Shown piece after piece: positions 18,032 through 27,747 of a stretch of 36,874 nt of DNA (its first letter is position 1; each line of letters opens with the position of its first letter). The translations under genes were made by a program, and so were the position numbers. The DNA comes from a virus (Duplodnaviria > Caudoviricetes). The DNA lies in IMG/VR virus record IMGVR_UViG_3300017747_003602, positions 1-36,874 of that record. One strand, given 5' to 3'. A model generated the notes under the pieces. It was given only the letters and a program-made list of their open reading frames with translations. It was not told where the DNA came from and did not search any database.

Positions 18032-18552
18032 TATATGCCCCGCCAAGGTAACGTTTGGCCTATATTCTGTGTCCAAGGTAATGTTTGGCCCATCTGCAAT
18101 TCTTGTGCCGTACTTACTGCACTAACAGGAGCGCCAGAAGAAAACATACTAGCCCCGCCACCAAAATTCATTGCTCCAGCGCCACTGATTGCGGCACTAC
18201 CCAGCCCGCTAGCTATACTCGCAATCGCTTGGTTGCGCGCTCCACCTACTGCATTTTTTGCCGCGCTAGTCGCGTTTCTATTAATCTGATTTATATCTTC
18301 TATTCCAGTTGATAAGGTCGATTCTATTACATTAATTGGCGTTCCTTCTAGCAAAAGGCCTGAATTTAAAAAGGATACTTTTTGTGTTGCTGCGGCTCTT
18401 TTTGTTTGTATAGCTTTTTGCTGCGCCTGCAAATTGCCTTGCTCAATTAAGGCTTGAGATTGTTTTTTCCCTTGCGACAAGCTGGACGACGCTGAGAATA
18501 TGCCCGCCCCAACATTTAGCGCCGCTATTGCTACTGCTGCCTCAACGCCCAT
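18031..18552 (-). CDS. Small internal virion protein (T7 gp14-like position)
   Basis: Gly/Ala/Ser-rich with hydrophobic N-terminus MGVEAAVAIAALNVGAG; position. Confidence 0.65.
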   Translation of the reverse strand: MGVEAAVAIAALNVGAGIFSASSSLSQGKKQSQALIEQGNLQAQQKAIQTKRAAATQKVSFLNSGLLLEGTPINVIESTLSTGIEDINQINRNATSAAKNAVGGARNQAIASIASGLGSAAISGAGAMNFGGGASMFSSGAPVSAVSTAQELQMGQTLPWTQNIGQTLPWRGI

Positions 18553-18943
18553 TAATCACCCACACAAAAAAAGTTTTGCCATCGCGCTTAATCTTGCGCT
18601 TTTTCTTAAACCCAATAAATTCTTGCAACCTGTTTCTTCCTTGCTCGTTTTGAGAAATAGAATAAATCAATTTTGGGTTGTATATGCTAATAGCTTTTTT
18701 AACTATGTTTCGCAAGTATTTGCAATGCTTTGGTTTAAAATGTTTAGAAGCTAAAACAGAAACGGTCCAAATATTATTTGGCCTTCTTATGGCGCATAAA
18801 ATAGCTATTATGTTTTCGTCAACTATTGTGAAAATTTCGGCCCCTTTAATATTAGCAATAAGACGCATGGTGCTAGAGTCTGGACAAAATTCATTCGGCT
18901 CTAGAAGCGAAAGGTCGTCTAAAATAAATTCTCTAATTTTCAT
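18542..18943 (-). CDS. GNAT-like virion assembly protein (T7 gp13-like position)
   Basis: C-terminal RNRLQEFIGFKK motif; follows tail tubular protein B. Confidence 0.55.
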   Translation of the reverse strand: MKIREFILDDLSLLEPNEFCPDSSTMRLIANIKGAEIFTIVDENIIAILCAIRRPNNIWTVSVLASKHFKPKHCKYLRNIVKKAISIYNPKLIYSISQNEQGRNRLQEFIGFKKKRKIKRDGKTFFVWVINGR

Positions 18944-21204
18944 CTTGCTGACGAATGGCTAACATCAATAATTAAGGCCGCAAGATGCATAGGGCCAGGC
19001 TCTTCTTGCACCATGTAGAAGCATTGGTCAATTTCTGAATCATCGGAATAAACTATATATTGCGTCCCATCTATAACGGGGGGAGGTAAATAATTTAGGC
19101 TGTTAGGTTTTATTTCCTGTATTGGTTCTAATCTATAAATATCACTCCCAAACTTGCCGCCGACTGAGGAAACCGCTCTAAGACCAACCCTTGAAATAGC
19201 TTTGACCGTGCTTTGAGTATTCACGGCTTGTATTTGATAACCTAAAGGAAAAGATTTTATAACCCCTGCGTATGTATAGCCAACGGCGGCAGTAATTACT
19301 TGGTCGCCTAAATCTATTACCCCGCCAGAAACAGTTTCTGTTTTTAAAAATCCGCCTGCTGTTACTACTCCAACCTCAAGCCCGTTAAAGCGAGATAGGC
19401 CTGTTGCGGTATTAAAAGTTAAATACCAACTGCTGCTGGTATTTGCTGTAGGAGTTTGCAGCACTGACACGGTCACGACTGTTGCGCTTGTATAGCCAGT
19501 AATTAGAAAGCGGCCTGATTCGTAACCTGTTGCAGTTTTATATGAAATATGCTTCCCGACATTGCCCGCAGAAAACGAAGAAGTAGTGGCCGTGATAGTG
19601 CCAGCTGCGGAATTATACGTAATTGTTGTAGAACGAAGGTCACTAAAGATTGTGGCGTTATCGAGAAAGATGCATTCATTTAATTGTTCGGCGGTGTAGC
19701 GCCTATAAGCCTCTTCATCGTCGTTTTTATTTGTTCCTATAAAATCGTTGCGGCTCTTAAATTCTACATAATCAGCAAGTTGTTCTATGTAATAAACGCT
19801 ATTTCGTAATGTTAGCGCAAATAATTGTTCATTACCGTCATTGTCGGTAATTACAGCAATATCTTTAAAGCTTCCTCTTGTGTAGTGCTCATGCCAGCCA
19901 ATAATATTTTCACTTTTATTAAAGTTTAGGCTGCATAATGCGCCGTCTCCTCGCAGCAAATAAATAAGATCGTTTCTATCTTTTTTGCGTTTAATTTTTT
20001 GCAGGCCGCTAGTTGTTAAATCTAGGGCCGCAACATTGGCGTCTTGTGACTGAAATGTTTCTGTCAGCAGATCATAATTAAAGAAATTTAGATTCCGCTG
20101 GTTAAGGCTAACATAAAAGATAAAGCCTGATTTTCTAATTGGAGATGTTTCTGAAGCACCATCAGCAGACGTAAGAGAAGCCTCTACTGTCGCGGCTGTG
20201 ATTGGTGATCCGACGCCGCCCCCATTAATTGCAACAATACCGTCACCAGCGCCAGCAATTAAGCTATTATCGCCAGCGTAGAACCATCCAATATTTTGCG
20301 CAATATCAGCTATCGTAAATTGCAAAGCTGAAGAATCAATTACAGTCGCAGGCAACGTATGGATAAAATATTCCGCCGCCTCGCTAGCAAATACTGTTGT
20401 GCGCCGCGAATAGTACAATCGGCCTTTGTAGAACAGACAAGAACTCGGGTAATCTGAAGTTAAAACTTTCTCAGTAGCTCCTGCTGAACTATATGCAGTA
20501 AAACTGGTAGTATCTAAATCAATCGTGAAAGTAGTAGATGTTGGAGTAGTAAGAACCGCTGCGGTCCAGCCGTTTATTTCTGTCATTCCTGCTACGGCGG
20601 ATATTTTTATGCGGTCACCGACGCTATAGCCGTGTGCTGCGGATGTAGTGATTAAGGCGTTAGTTGCTCGCGTAATCGCGGTAATTGTTTTGGACGCCTG
20701 CCAGGTTAAAGGGAAAGGGTCATCTTTCCTGCCATATGTGCGTAACGTGAAGCTGTTAGCTGCATTTCTTATTAATTTACGCGGCTCATGAGAGCCGTGC
20801 GTCATAATCATAGTATCAAAATTTTGCGTCGTAGCTTGCTTAAATGAAATCTCTTTTGATTGCGCCAGCGTCCAAGGAGTATCAATTTCCAATATGTTAG
20901 AACTGCCATCTAATACCCAACCGAACGTACCGCCAGAATCATAAGACAAAAACCGCATTTTTGTATTATACAAAACTAAAATGTAGTTTTGATTCTGTGA
21001 GAATTTAAACTCGATTAAAGCGCAATCTTGAAATGCTAATATATTTTTAAAGCCGCTACGGTATATAGCGTTGCCTTTAAAGTTAGTAACAAAGTTTTTA
21101 AATACGTCATAACCAGAACTATAAATTGGCAGATCAAAGCGGCCCACCATATCGTGGTCGATTCTACCTCTTGCGAAGTTATTAAATGTGCTAGTTATTT
21201 TCAT
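18940..21204 (-). CDS. Tail tubular protein B (nozzle)
   Basis: N-terminal FNNFARGRID..GRFDLPIY..NF...GNAIYRSG; YPSSCLFYKGRLYY; ENIIGWHEH; 754 aa. Confidence 0.85.
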   Translation of the reverse strand: MKITSTFNNFARGRIDHDMVGRFDLPIYSSGYDVFKNFVTNFKGNAIYRSGFKNILAFQDCALIEFKFSQNQNYILVLYNTKMRFLSYDSGGTFGWVLDGSSNILEIDTPWTLAQSKEISFKQATTQNFDTMIMTHGSHEPRKLIRNAANSFTLRTYGRKDDPFPLTWQASKTITAITRATNALITTSAAHGYSVGDRIKISAVAGMTEINGWTAAVLTTPTSTTFTIDLDTTSFTAYSSAGATEKVLTSDYPSSCLFYKGRLYYSRRTTVFASEAAEYFIHTLPATVIDSSALQFTIADIAQNIGWFYAGDNSLIAGAGDGIVAINGGGVGSPITAATVEASLTSADGASETSPIRKSGFIFYVSLNQRNLNFFNYDLLTETFQSQDANVAALDLTTSGLQKIKRKKDRNDLIYLLRGDGALCSLNFNKSENIIGWHEHYTRGSFKDIAVITDNDGNEQLFALTLRNSVYYIEQLADYVEFKSRNDFIGTNKNDDEEAYRRYTAEQLNECIFLDNATIFSDLRSTTITYNSAAGTITATTSSFSAGNVGKHISYKTATGYESGRFLITGYTSATVVTVSVLQTPTANTSSSWYLTFNTATGLSRFNGLEVGVVTAGGFLKTETVSGGVIDLGDQVITAAVGYTYAGVIKSFPLGYQIQAVNTQSTVKAISRVGLRAVSSVGGKFGSDIYRLEPIQEIKPNSLNYLPPPVIDGTQYIVYSDDSEIDQCFYMVQEEPGPMHLAALIIDVSHSSAR

Positions 21205-21818
21205 TGTTTCTGCGCCTCACCTGGCGGCCAATGACGCGCCTGTTTAAAGCGCGAAACGCTAACTCTTATAGGCCTATTCTCCTGAGCGTTTATACTACTC
21301 AATTCCATTAAGCGCATAGGCAATACTTTTTCTATTAATGCCGCTTTTTCGGGGCTTTGCGTAATATCTAACGCAACATTCTTTGCCAATTCAGCCGCAA
21401 ATACTAACTTAAATTCTGGGCTAAAACGATTGACATCTTTAATGTCTCTTATAAATCTTAGTTTCAAGCCGTTGGCCCAAGCGTCGGCTGTGTAAATATA
21501 TCCGCCCTCAACGCAATAAATGTATTCTGCGCGTTCATCTATATTGCCCAAGCCGAGAACTTTTAGGCAATCAGAAGGGTATTCAAAAACATTTTGATAG
21601 CCAAATGGAGGCGTTGTACTTGTTGCAGCTACAGTTCTACGCGCTAAAGAAAAATTTGGAATCATTCGCTTCAAAAGCGTTTGCCGCGTTATATCGTACC
21701 ACAAGGCAAAAGTTGCTTCTTTAGATCCTGACGGCGTGTCAATATTAGTCACGCTGCCATAATTTCCAAGAGAACCTAGCGCTAAATTGCAAATATCAAC
21801 TTTACTTGTTATTTCCAT
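21201..21818 (-). CDS. Tail tubular protein A (adaptor)
   Basis: SKVDICNLALGSLG, FEYPSDCLKVL and FSPEFKLVFAAELA motifs. Confidence 0.85.
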   Translation of the reverse strand: MEITSKVDICNLALGSLGNYGSVTNIDTPSGSKEATFALWYDITRQTLLKRMIPNFSLARRTVAATSTTPPFGYQNVFEYPSDCLKVLGLGNIDERAEYIYCVEGGYIYTADAWANGLKLRFIRDIKDVNRFSPEFKLVFAAELAKNVALDITQSPEKAALIEKVLPMRLMELSSINAQENRPIRVSVSRFKQARHWPPGEAQKQ

Positions 21819-21830
21819 TTACAATCTCTG

Positions 21831-21855
21831 AAATATAGCGGGGGTTCCCCCCCGC
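21831..21855 (-). terminator. Putative intrinsic terminator after the capsid genes
   Basis: On - strand: GCGGGGG-GGAA-CCCCCGC then TATATTT; weak U-tract, position analogous to T7 T-phi. Confidence 0.55.
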
Positions 21856-21860
21856 CATTG

Positions 21861-22367
21861 TTACCTGGTAGTAGCAGGGTCTATTACTATTTTTAACTTT
21901 AAGACTTCGCTTGCAGCTGTGCTTGCCGTTTTAATCAGTAAGCCAAGATAATAACCGCCAGCTGGTTCTGTGTCGGAAGATTTGCTTAGTAATTTGTTAA
22001 TATTATCATCTCTATCCAGGGAAGTGTTTAACGTGCCTAGTAGCTCGCGATAAGTAAGCGCGCTAGATAGGTCCACACCATCCCAAAGAATATCCGCGTC
22101 CACTTCTGTAAATGTGCCGTCAGCGTTCATTTTCCAGAAACCAAGATCATTGTTTGTTGCAGAAGTTAGTGCGGGAGTAGCTCCAACAATTTCAGCAATT
22201 CTTGCATCGCCAGGCAAAGGACCAGCAAGAATATGCAGAGTGTTAGCGTCAGCACCCGTTGCGATAGTTTTCTCGTAATGGGTAGAAAGCATTTGCTTTC
22301 CTAAACTGTTGGCAGGATTGCCAGGATATTCCGTATAGCCGTTTGATCTGATACCAGTTTTTGACAT
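21861..22367 (-). CDS. Capsid cement/decoration protein candidate
   Basis: Beta-rich 168 aa downstream of the major capsid; AAGGA RBS. Confidence 0.55.
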   Translation of the reverse strand: MSKTGIRSNGYTEYPGNPANSLGKQMLSTHYEKTIATGADANTLHILAGPLPGDARIAEIVGATPALTSATNNDLGFWKMNADGTFTEVDADILWDGVDLSSALTYRELLGTLNTSLDRDDNINKLLSKSSDTEPAGGYYLGLLIKTASTAASEVLKLKIVIDPATTR

Positions 22368-22387
22368 TGTCTATTTTCCTTTCAAAA

Positions 22388-22933
22388 TTAAGAAACAGTT
22401 GCGCTAAATGGTGTCGCTTCTGTGCCACTACTGCTAGTGACTCCAAAAACAGCCCATTTATCAGCCGCAACGTCTTGTAGTTGGATAAAGTCGCCGATTG
22501 CTGCGCCGCCTGTGGTAGTACCATTCAGGGTTATTGTATCTGAATCGTTTGCCGTAGGCCAAGGGTGCGCTAAGTCTGGAGTATCCCCTGTAGAATTAGT
22601 AATAATGTTACCGTGCATAACATCATTACCAGTTACTTTAATAAGATAGTTAGAGGTGTTTACAGCCCCGACTACAAATCTGTAACACGCACCGCTACCA
22701 GTTGCTGCTGGTAGCGTGTGCGTTCTCGCAGAGCCAGCGCCGCCCATTAAGAGAGTTTTCCCCTCGTGGGTGGCTTGTACAATAGATGTGCTAACATCAA
22801 TCGCAACCATTCTGGCTGATACGTCGCATGCGTTATTTAACTCGGCGGCTGTCGCCGCTAAGTTGGCAAGATCAACATTAGTAGAGTCTGTTAACTCTAA
22901 TGTTTTTATTCTCTTCTGGACTGGTAAGCTCAT
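22388..22933 (-). CDS. Head fibre/decoration-like structural protein
   Basis: TLPAATGSGACYRFVV and SDTITLNGTTTGG..GTEATPF motifs; AAGGGG RBS before ATG 22933. Confidence 0.6.
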   Translation of the reverse strand: MSLPVQKRIKTLELTDSTNVDLANLAATAAELNNACDVSARMVAIDVSTSIVQATHEGKTLLMGGAGSARTHTLPAATGSGACYRFVVGAVNTSNYLIKVTGNDVMHGNIITNSTGDTPDLAHPWPTANDSDTITLNGTTTGGAAIGDFIQLQDVAADKWAVFGVTSSSGTEATPFSATVS

Positions 22934-22947
22934 GATATCCCCTTTTA

Positions 22948-23877
22948 CTATATTGTAGTGGTTACAATCTGGACGCGGCAACCTTCTGTACGCATAGCAT
23001 TAATCCAAAGATCAATAGTTATATCGTTTGAATTAACTTTAGTTGCGCTGCGAGTAATGCCTAGATCCGCAAGTTCCATGCTGATTGCAATGGACTCAGG
23101 GGCTAAACAGATGCAAGAACGTGTAGTTGTACCTTCTGCAAGCACTGGGTTTGTAACTGTAGCGCCACCGTTCACGGAGCCAGCAAACATTGCAATTTGA
23201 TAAGTACCAGCTGATTGCATTTTTCCTGTCTCTACTGGGCGGCCAGTTATATAATCGGAGCTTATAAATTCTACTTCGCCCATCAAGTCGGTATTTTCAG
23301 TACCCGTTAGGCATAAAATAGAACCTTTAAACATCGAGTATTCGAGTTCATTATTAATAAAATTTTGCGTAATTTCTTGTATTTTGTCGTAAGTTAAACC
23401 CGCTGAAGCATCGACGGTTAAAACTCCGTCTGTTGCGGCAGAAATCGCGGTTGGAGAACCGTTCGGCGCTCCTACATTTACTGTACCAACGGCGGCGGCT
23501 GCAATGACGCGGTCTATAGTGCGTGATTTAGCATTAACAAGCTGCTGCAAGATAGAGCTAGAAGGGTCCGCAATTAGTTCGTTTATGTCGTAAAGAGCAT
23601 CAACGGTAATTGTGCGGGTAAAACGCCTTTTAGTAAGCAGGCGGTTATCGATTGAGTAATCGCCGTATTGTTTGTCTGGGTTCCTTTGTGCTACCTCTGA
23701 CAATTCTAGGCGACCGATACGGGCCATGTTGTTTGTTTTGCCAGCAGAAGGCAGATAGATAACAGCGCCAGAACTTTCTAATTGCGAGGTTTTTTGTTGC
23801 GCCAACTCAAAGAAAGATGAACGAAAATTTTGCATCAACCCTTGGTCAAGAGTCGGTAGATACGTATTGCTAGTCAT
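22948..23877 (-). CDS. Major capsid protein (BPP-1/T7-like podovirus type)
   Basis: FFELAQQKTSQLE, RTIDRVIAAAAVG and EFISSDY motifs; 309 aa; follows the scaffold region. Confidence 0.85.
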   Translation of the reverse strand: MTSNTYLPTLDQGLMQNFRSSFFELAQQKTSQLESSGAVIYLPSAGKTNNMARIGRLELSEVAQRNPDKQYGDYSIDNRLLTKRRFTRTITVDALYDINELIADPSSSILQQLVNAKSRTIDRVIAAAAVGTVNVGAPNGSPTAISAATDGVLTVDASAGLTYDKIQEITQNFINNELEYSMFKGSILCLTGTENTDLMGEVEFISSDYITGRPVETGKMQSAGTYQIAMFAGSVNGGATVTNPVLAEGTTTRSCICLAPESIAISMELADLGITRSATKVNSNDITIDLWINAMRTEGCRVQIVTTTI

Positions 23878-23965
23878 AGCTTTACCCTATATTTGAATGA
23901 ATACAATTGATTTTTTTTAATCGAAAGTTGTCCACTCAGGGATTTTCTAGCCTTTTGCTATGGCG

Positions 23966-24014
23966 GCTAACCGACCAAGATTCAACGTTTTGTTGAGTTG
24001 CCTCGGTGGTTAGC
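23966..24014 (-). promoter_or_regulatory. Long interrupted stem-loop in the capsid gene upstream region
   Basis: On - strand: GCTAACC/GGTTAGC, ACCGAG/CTTGGT and TCAAC/GTTGA nested stems. Confidence 0.5.
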
Positions 24015-24043
24015 ACATTAAAGTAATCGCTCTATGGTTGCAA

Positions 24044-24595
24044 CTACTTTTTCTTATTTTGGATTTGTTGCGATTCTTGTTCGCTAGCTAAGATTTCTTC
24101 GTTCGTGTGTTTTTTTGTCTTATCTTGCTGCCAGGAAGGATCTTTAACAATAATCGGCGGCAATTTAGCTATATTAAAAGCTTCTTCCTTTTCGTCTATT
24201 TGCTGCCCTAGAACCGACTTAGCATAAGAGGCGTAAGCTACGTTTTGCATCTGCCTGGTTGATGTTTTCTTGTAAAGCGGTATTGAGCGCAAATCTTTAA
24301 CTGACGCTAGGTCTTGCAACTCTTCCTGGGTCATCTCGATTATATCTTTCCCGACAAAAGAGAATTCCGCTTCGATTAATTCGATTTTGTCTATGTAACA
24401 TTCTCTAATGCTTAACACGCGGTCTTTGTATTTATTACTAGCAGCTATCCACATGGCGGCGTAACGACGCCTAATATGCATAATCAAAATATCTTCGTTC
24501 CCTATAAATGGGATTACACCGGAAACATTATAATCGATTATATCCTTATCCGCCGTCCTGTATGAGCCAGAGATTGTTACTCTTAAAGCTTTCAT
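24044..24595 (-). CDS. Hypothetical protein in the head module
   Basis: ORF between scaffold and capsid, tightly packed. Confidence 0.65.
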   Translation of the reverse strand: MKALRVTISGSYRTADKDIIDYNVSGVIPFIGNEDILIMHIRRRYAAMWIAASNKYKDRVLSIRECYIDKIELIEAEFSFVGKDIIEMTQEELQDLASVKDLRSIPLYKKTSTRQMQNVAYASYAKSVLGQQIDEKEEAFNIAKLPPIIVKDPSWQQDKTKKHTNEEILASEQESQQIQNKKK

Positions 24596-24596
24596 G

Positions 24597-25403
24597 TTAT
24601 TTGCCCCTGTATAAGTTAGTTAATTTGCTTGTAAGTTCGGATAGTTCAGCTTGTGTGTGCGGCCTGGTTTTCATTGCGCGTATTTCCTGGCGGAATTGGC
24701 TCGCCATAGTTTCTTTATCGATTGGGGTGCTTGCTGTAGGTGCGTTCGCCGCCGTACCTAACTCTTGCGCCCCATAAGCCGAAATAATCTTATCCGCCAA
24801 ACGATAGACCGCTCCAATATATTGATTAGGCATGCTGTCTAAAATTTTCTTGTCTTGATCGTTTAGATTGCGGGATAGTGCATTTGTAATCTTCTTTACT
24901 GGCTCTTCATAATTTGGGCCGAATGAATTTTTTAATTCATCAACAAAGGCGTCTTTATCGTAAGCTTTTTCAAGCTGGGTTTTTTGCAATGCAGCGTATT
25001 CTTTTACAAGGTCGCTGCCTTGCTTGGCGCTTATGCCGTGTTTATGCAATAAATCTGCGTATACTTCTTTTTGGTCATCTGGAATTTCTGCAAAATCATA
25101 TGCTGCTTTATCAGCGGGGCGCAATTGGTTATAATAATCATCTATTTCTTTCGGGGTTGCTTTCGCAAAATCTAGGGCTACGGTCTTTTTCCCAACAAGG
25201 GCTTGTGTATTATCAAGCATTTTCCACAAATCTTCCTCGTTTTTGAGGTTCTTTGCACATCCCTTCTCTTTGTATGGTTCAGGTATAGCAAATTGCTGTG
25301 TAGATTTTACCTCTTCTGGTGCAGGGGCTATTTGTGTTTCGTTAGTTTGAGTAGGTGCTATTTCGGCGTTTATTGCCGTCGGTATAATATTTTCTTCGCT
25401 CAT
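24597..25403 (-). CDS. Capsid scaffolding/assembly protein
   Basis: Acidic/Pro-rich N-terminus, RPADKAAYDF and LHKHGISAKQ motifs; position between portal and capsid. Confidence 0.75.
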   Translation of the reverse strand: MSEENIIPTAINAEIAPTQTNETQIAPAPEEVKSTQQFAIPEPYKEKGCAKNLKNEEDLWKMLDNTQALVGKKTVALDFAKATPKEIDDYYNQLRPADKAAYDFAEIPDDQKEVYADLLHKHGISAKQGSDLVKEYAALQKTQLEKAYDKDAFVDELKNSFGPNYEEPVKKITNALSRNLNDQDKKILDSMPNQYIGAVYRLADKIISAYGAQELGTAANAPTASTPIDKETMASQFRQEIRAMKTRPHTQAELSELTSKLTNLYRGK

Positions 25404-25714
25404 AATATCTCCAAGTTAGTTTCAACTTTACGTAAAATTTCTTGATCTAAATAGGGGCGAATCATATTCAGATAGACAGATTTACGCCCTCTTTCGTCCA
25501 GTAATTTAATAGCGTCCATAGACCCTTCCGAGAAAAGCCCGACGTAGCGCAGTATGTATCGCAGCACAAAAATTCCGTCTTCTGTGCCCATGCAATTATT
25601 GAGCGCCCGTTTGTATTCATCGGCCCTTTCAGTTTGTATGTGTGTTTTTTTCTCCGCGTCTGCTTTGTGTTTTTGCATTTTATCTAAAAAGTCGCTGTAA
25701 TCACCTAATGCCAT
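25400..25714 (-). CDS. Bbp19-like small head protein
   Basis: GTEDGIFVLRYIL..ERGRKSVYLNM pattern; follows the portal; GAGG before ATG 25714. Confidence 0.6.
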   Translation of the reverse strand: MALGDYSDFLDKMQKHKADAEKKTHIQTERADEYKRALNNCMGTEDGIFVLRYILRYVGLFSEGSMDAIKLLDERGRKSVYLNMIRPYLDQEILRKVETNLEIL

Positions 25715-27503
25715 TTGCTGCCTCTGAGTTTGATTTATTAGCACCCGCCATATCTTTTTGAATCTGAGCGCCCATTTGTCCAGCCTGCATAGCCATCATG
25801 TTTTGCTGCATTTGAGCTGCTGCAAGTATCTTGTCTTTAAATTCCTGCTCGCTAATGATGATTTGATTATTAGCGTCTAGGTTATTGTTGATGTCTGCTA
25901 GTAGTTTATACCAGTCCACAGCCTCAATAATTTGAGGATATAAAGGCGCTATGCCGCCTATTGCGTTTAAAACCTGAATAAGATTCTGCAAGGCCTCTGT
26001 CCGCGTCATGCGCTCCATTTCGTTATTAAAGCGAATCTCAAACCACGGCCTGCCTTCCGCCATAACGCGCGAAACTTCGGCTGGGATGATGCGCTCTTGT
26101 TTGTTGATCTGCAGGAGCATTGCGGCCTTTTCGCCAGAAACTCTAGGATCAACCCCTAGTTGTTCCAGAGCCATTAAGACTGACACGCAGCGTTTAACAA
26201 GGGGCGCTAAAAGCTCTGTCTTTTGCTGCGTTAAAATACCTGCTAAGCTCTTTGCTCTTATAGTGTAGCGCTGCATTGACTCGGTCGCGGTCATGTCCGC
26301 GCTTTGATTAAAATCCAACAATGCATCAATCTTAAAGGCGCTTAGTATCTTGTCATTTAGATAAGGGATTAGCATTTGCATTAAAGGCGCTGGGTTTCCT
26401 ACGTCAAAAAGCGGGAAAGCTGGGTTGCCGTTACCAGACAAAGCAGGGTTAAAGACTGTTAGGCCTTGTGGAGACGTGTCAAGCACCGAATCCCCAAAGA
26501 TAGCGTTACCGAAAACGCCAAGCGACGGATTAGCCATCTTCTCCAGTATCTCTATGCTAGTTGAAAGCATAAAATTGACTGCTGATATAGTAGATAAAAG
26601 CATAGTTCCAGAGGAGCGGCCAAAGGTTTCGCCCCTTACCTTAATCATGCGCGCTACGGCGATAGGCTTTTCTGCAAAATCTTCTTCGGCAAAGATGCCG
26701 CCTTCCTTGGAATTTTCAAGGAACCAGACACCCCTATATTTCGTACCCCTTTTGCCCTGCAATTTTGGATCAAAATCCGCTCGTGGCAGTACCCCGAAAA
26801 CAATAGTATGTTTTTTATTTAAATCGCCCTTCTGGTAGCAGTCCATAAGCTCTTTTGGTAGCTTGCAGACTTTGCTTTCATCTACTCCACCGCTGCCATC
26901 GTGACAAAACTCGCCGACAATACGGCTAACGCGCCAATTATAAGTTGCAAAAATATATTCAACAGAACCATTTTTACCCTCATCTATACATAAATTGTCT
27001 ATACCGTATGGGCGGAAGATTAAAGCATTATCTGCTTTTCGCTCTTTGAAAGCTTGGTTAGGGAAAGCACCAACCGCCGATGTGCCAAAAGAAGCTTGAT
27101 CGTAAGCATAGGGCTTGAGCGCATTATTCAGCCCTGCATCCTCATGGTTCATGTGATATAGCAGCTGGCTTGTAACAAAATCATAGTAATCCGCCACTAT
27201 ATCGCTGTCGGTATACTCTAAAACATAGCGTGATGGAACGATGTTTAGTGCTCTGTCGCCAGTGCCCCACATAATGCCGATGATATAATCACCAAATTGG
27301 TTAACGGCTGTCATACTTGTTGGGTCAGAAATGTACTGGTCTAGGTCTGTGCCTTTATCTCGCTCTTTATTGCGTATGTAATCTGGGTCTACCGCTATTC
27401 CCGTGTAGCGGGCTATCTTTTCCCACGTAGGTTTATAGTTTTCTCTGTCGCTTTTTAACTGAGAATACATTTCTTTTATGCGCGTTAAATCATCTATTTT
27501 CAT
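25701..27503 (-). CDS. Portal (head-tail connector) protein
   Basis: LKSDRENYKPTWEKIARY, SFGTS, RGETFGRS and MTATESMQR motifs; 600 aa. Confidence 0.9.
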   Translation of the reverse strand: MKIDDLTRIKEMYSQLKSDRENYKPTWEKIARYTGIAVDPDYIRNKERDKGTDLDQYISDPTSMTAVNQFGDYIIGIMWGTGDRALNIVPSRYVLEYTDSDIVADYYDFVTSQLLYHMNHEDAGLNNALKPYAYDQASFGTSAVGAFPNQAFKERKADNALIFRPYGIDNLCIDEGKNGSVEYIFATYNWRVSRIVGEFCHDGSGGVDESKVCKLPKELMDCYQKGDLNKKHTIVFGVLPRADFDPKLQGKRGTKYRGVWFLENSKEGGIFAEEDFAEKPIAVARMIKVRGETFGRSSGTMLLSTISAVNFMLSTSIEILEKMANPSLGVFGNAIFGDSVLDTSPQGLTVFNPALSGNGNPAFPLFDVGNPAPLMQMLIPYLNDKILSAFKIDALLDFNQSADMTATESMQRYTIRAKSLAGILTQQKTELLAPLVKRCVSVLMALEQLGVDPRVSGEKAAMLLQINKQERIIPAEVSRVMAEGRPWFEIRFNNEMERMTRTEALQNLIQVLNAIGGIAPLYPQIIEAVDWYKLLADINNNLDANNQIIISEQEFKDKILAAAQMQQNMMAMQAGQMGAQIQKDMAGANKSNSEAANGIR

Positions 27504-27506
27504 TTT

Positions 27507-27692
27507 TTAGTTCCCGAAGAGTGTCCCGCGCGCTGAAACTTGGCCTGTCTGCAACTCTTGGCCAGCCATGCCCCCCTCTGTGCTTAAAAGAGCGGCTCTT
27601 TGCTTTTTTGCTTTTTTTGTCTCATCGCCCAAATCTTGTGCTGGTGCTGGATTAAAAGCTGGCACGTCTGGTTTTGGTGCTAAAAAGCTCAT
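27507..27692 (-). CDS. Small protein upstream of the portal
   Basis: MSFLAPKPDVP...ALLSTEGG..RGTLFGN, typical of the small pre-portal gene of this podovirus layout. Confidence 0.65.
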   Translation of the reverse strand: MSFLAPKPDVPAFNPAPAQDLGDETKKAKKQRAALLSTEGGMAGQELQTGQVSARGTLFGN

Positions 27693-27747
27693 GGTTGCCC
27701 CAATTAATTTAATTAAACAATTCTATTGCAACTAATACACGAAAATT

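Noticed and set aside
22933-22981. T7 gp10B-style -1 frameshift fusing the capsid to the next gene
   Set aside because: The -1 frame is open across the stop, but there is no slippery heptamer and the downstream gene has its own AAGGGG RBS and ATG.
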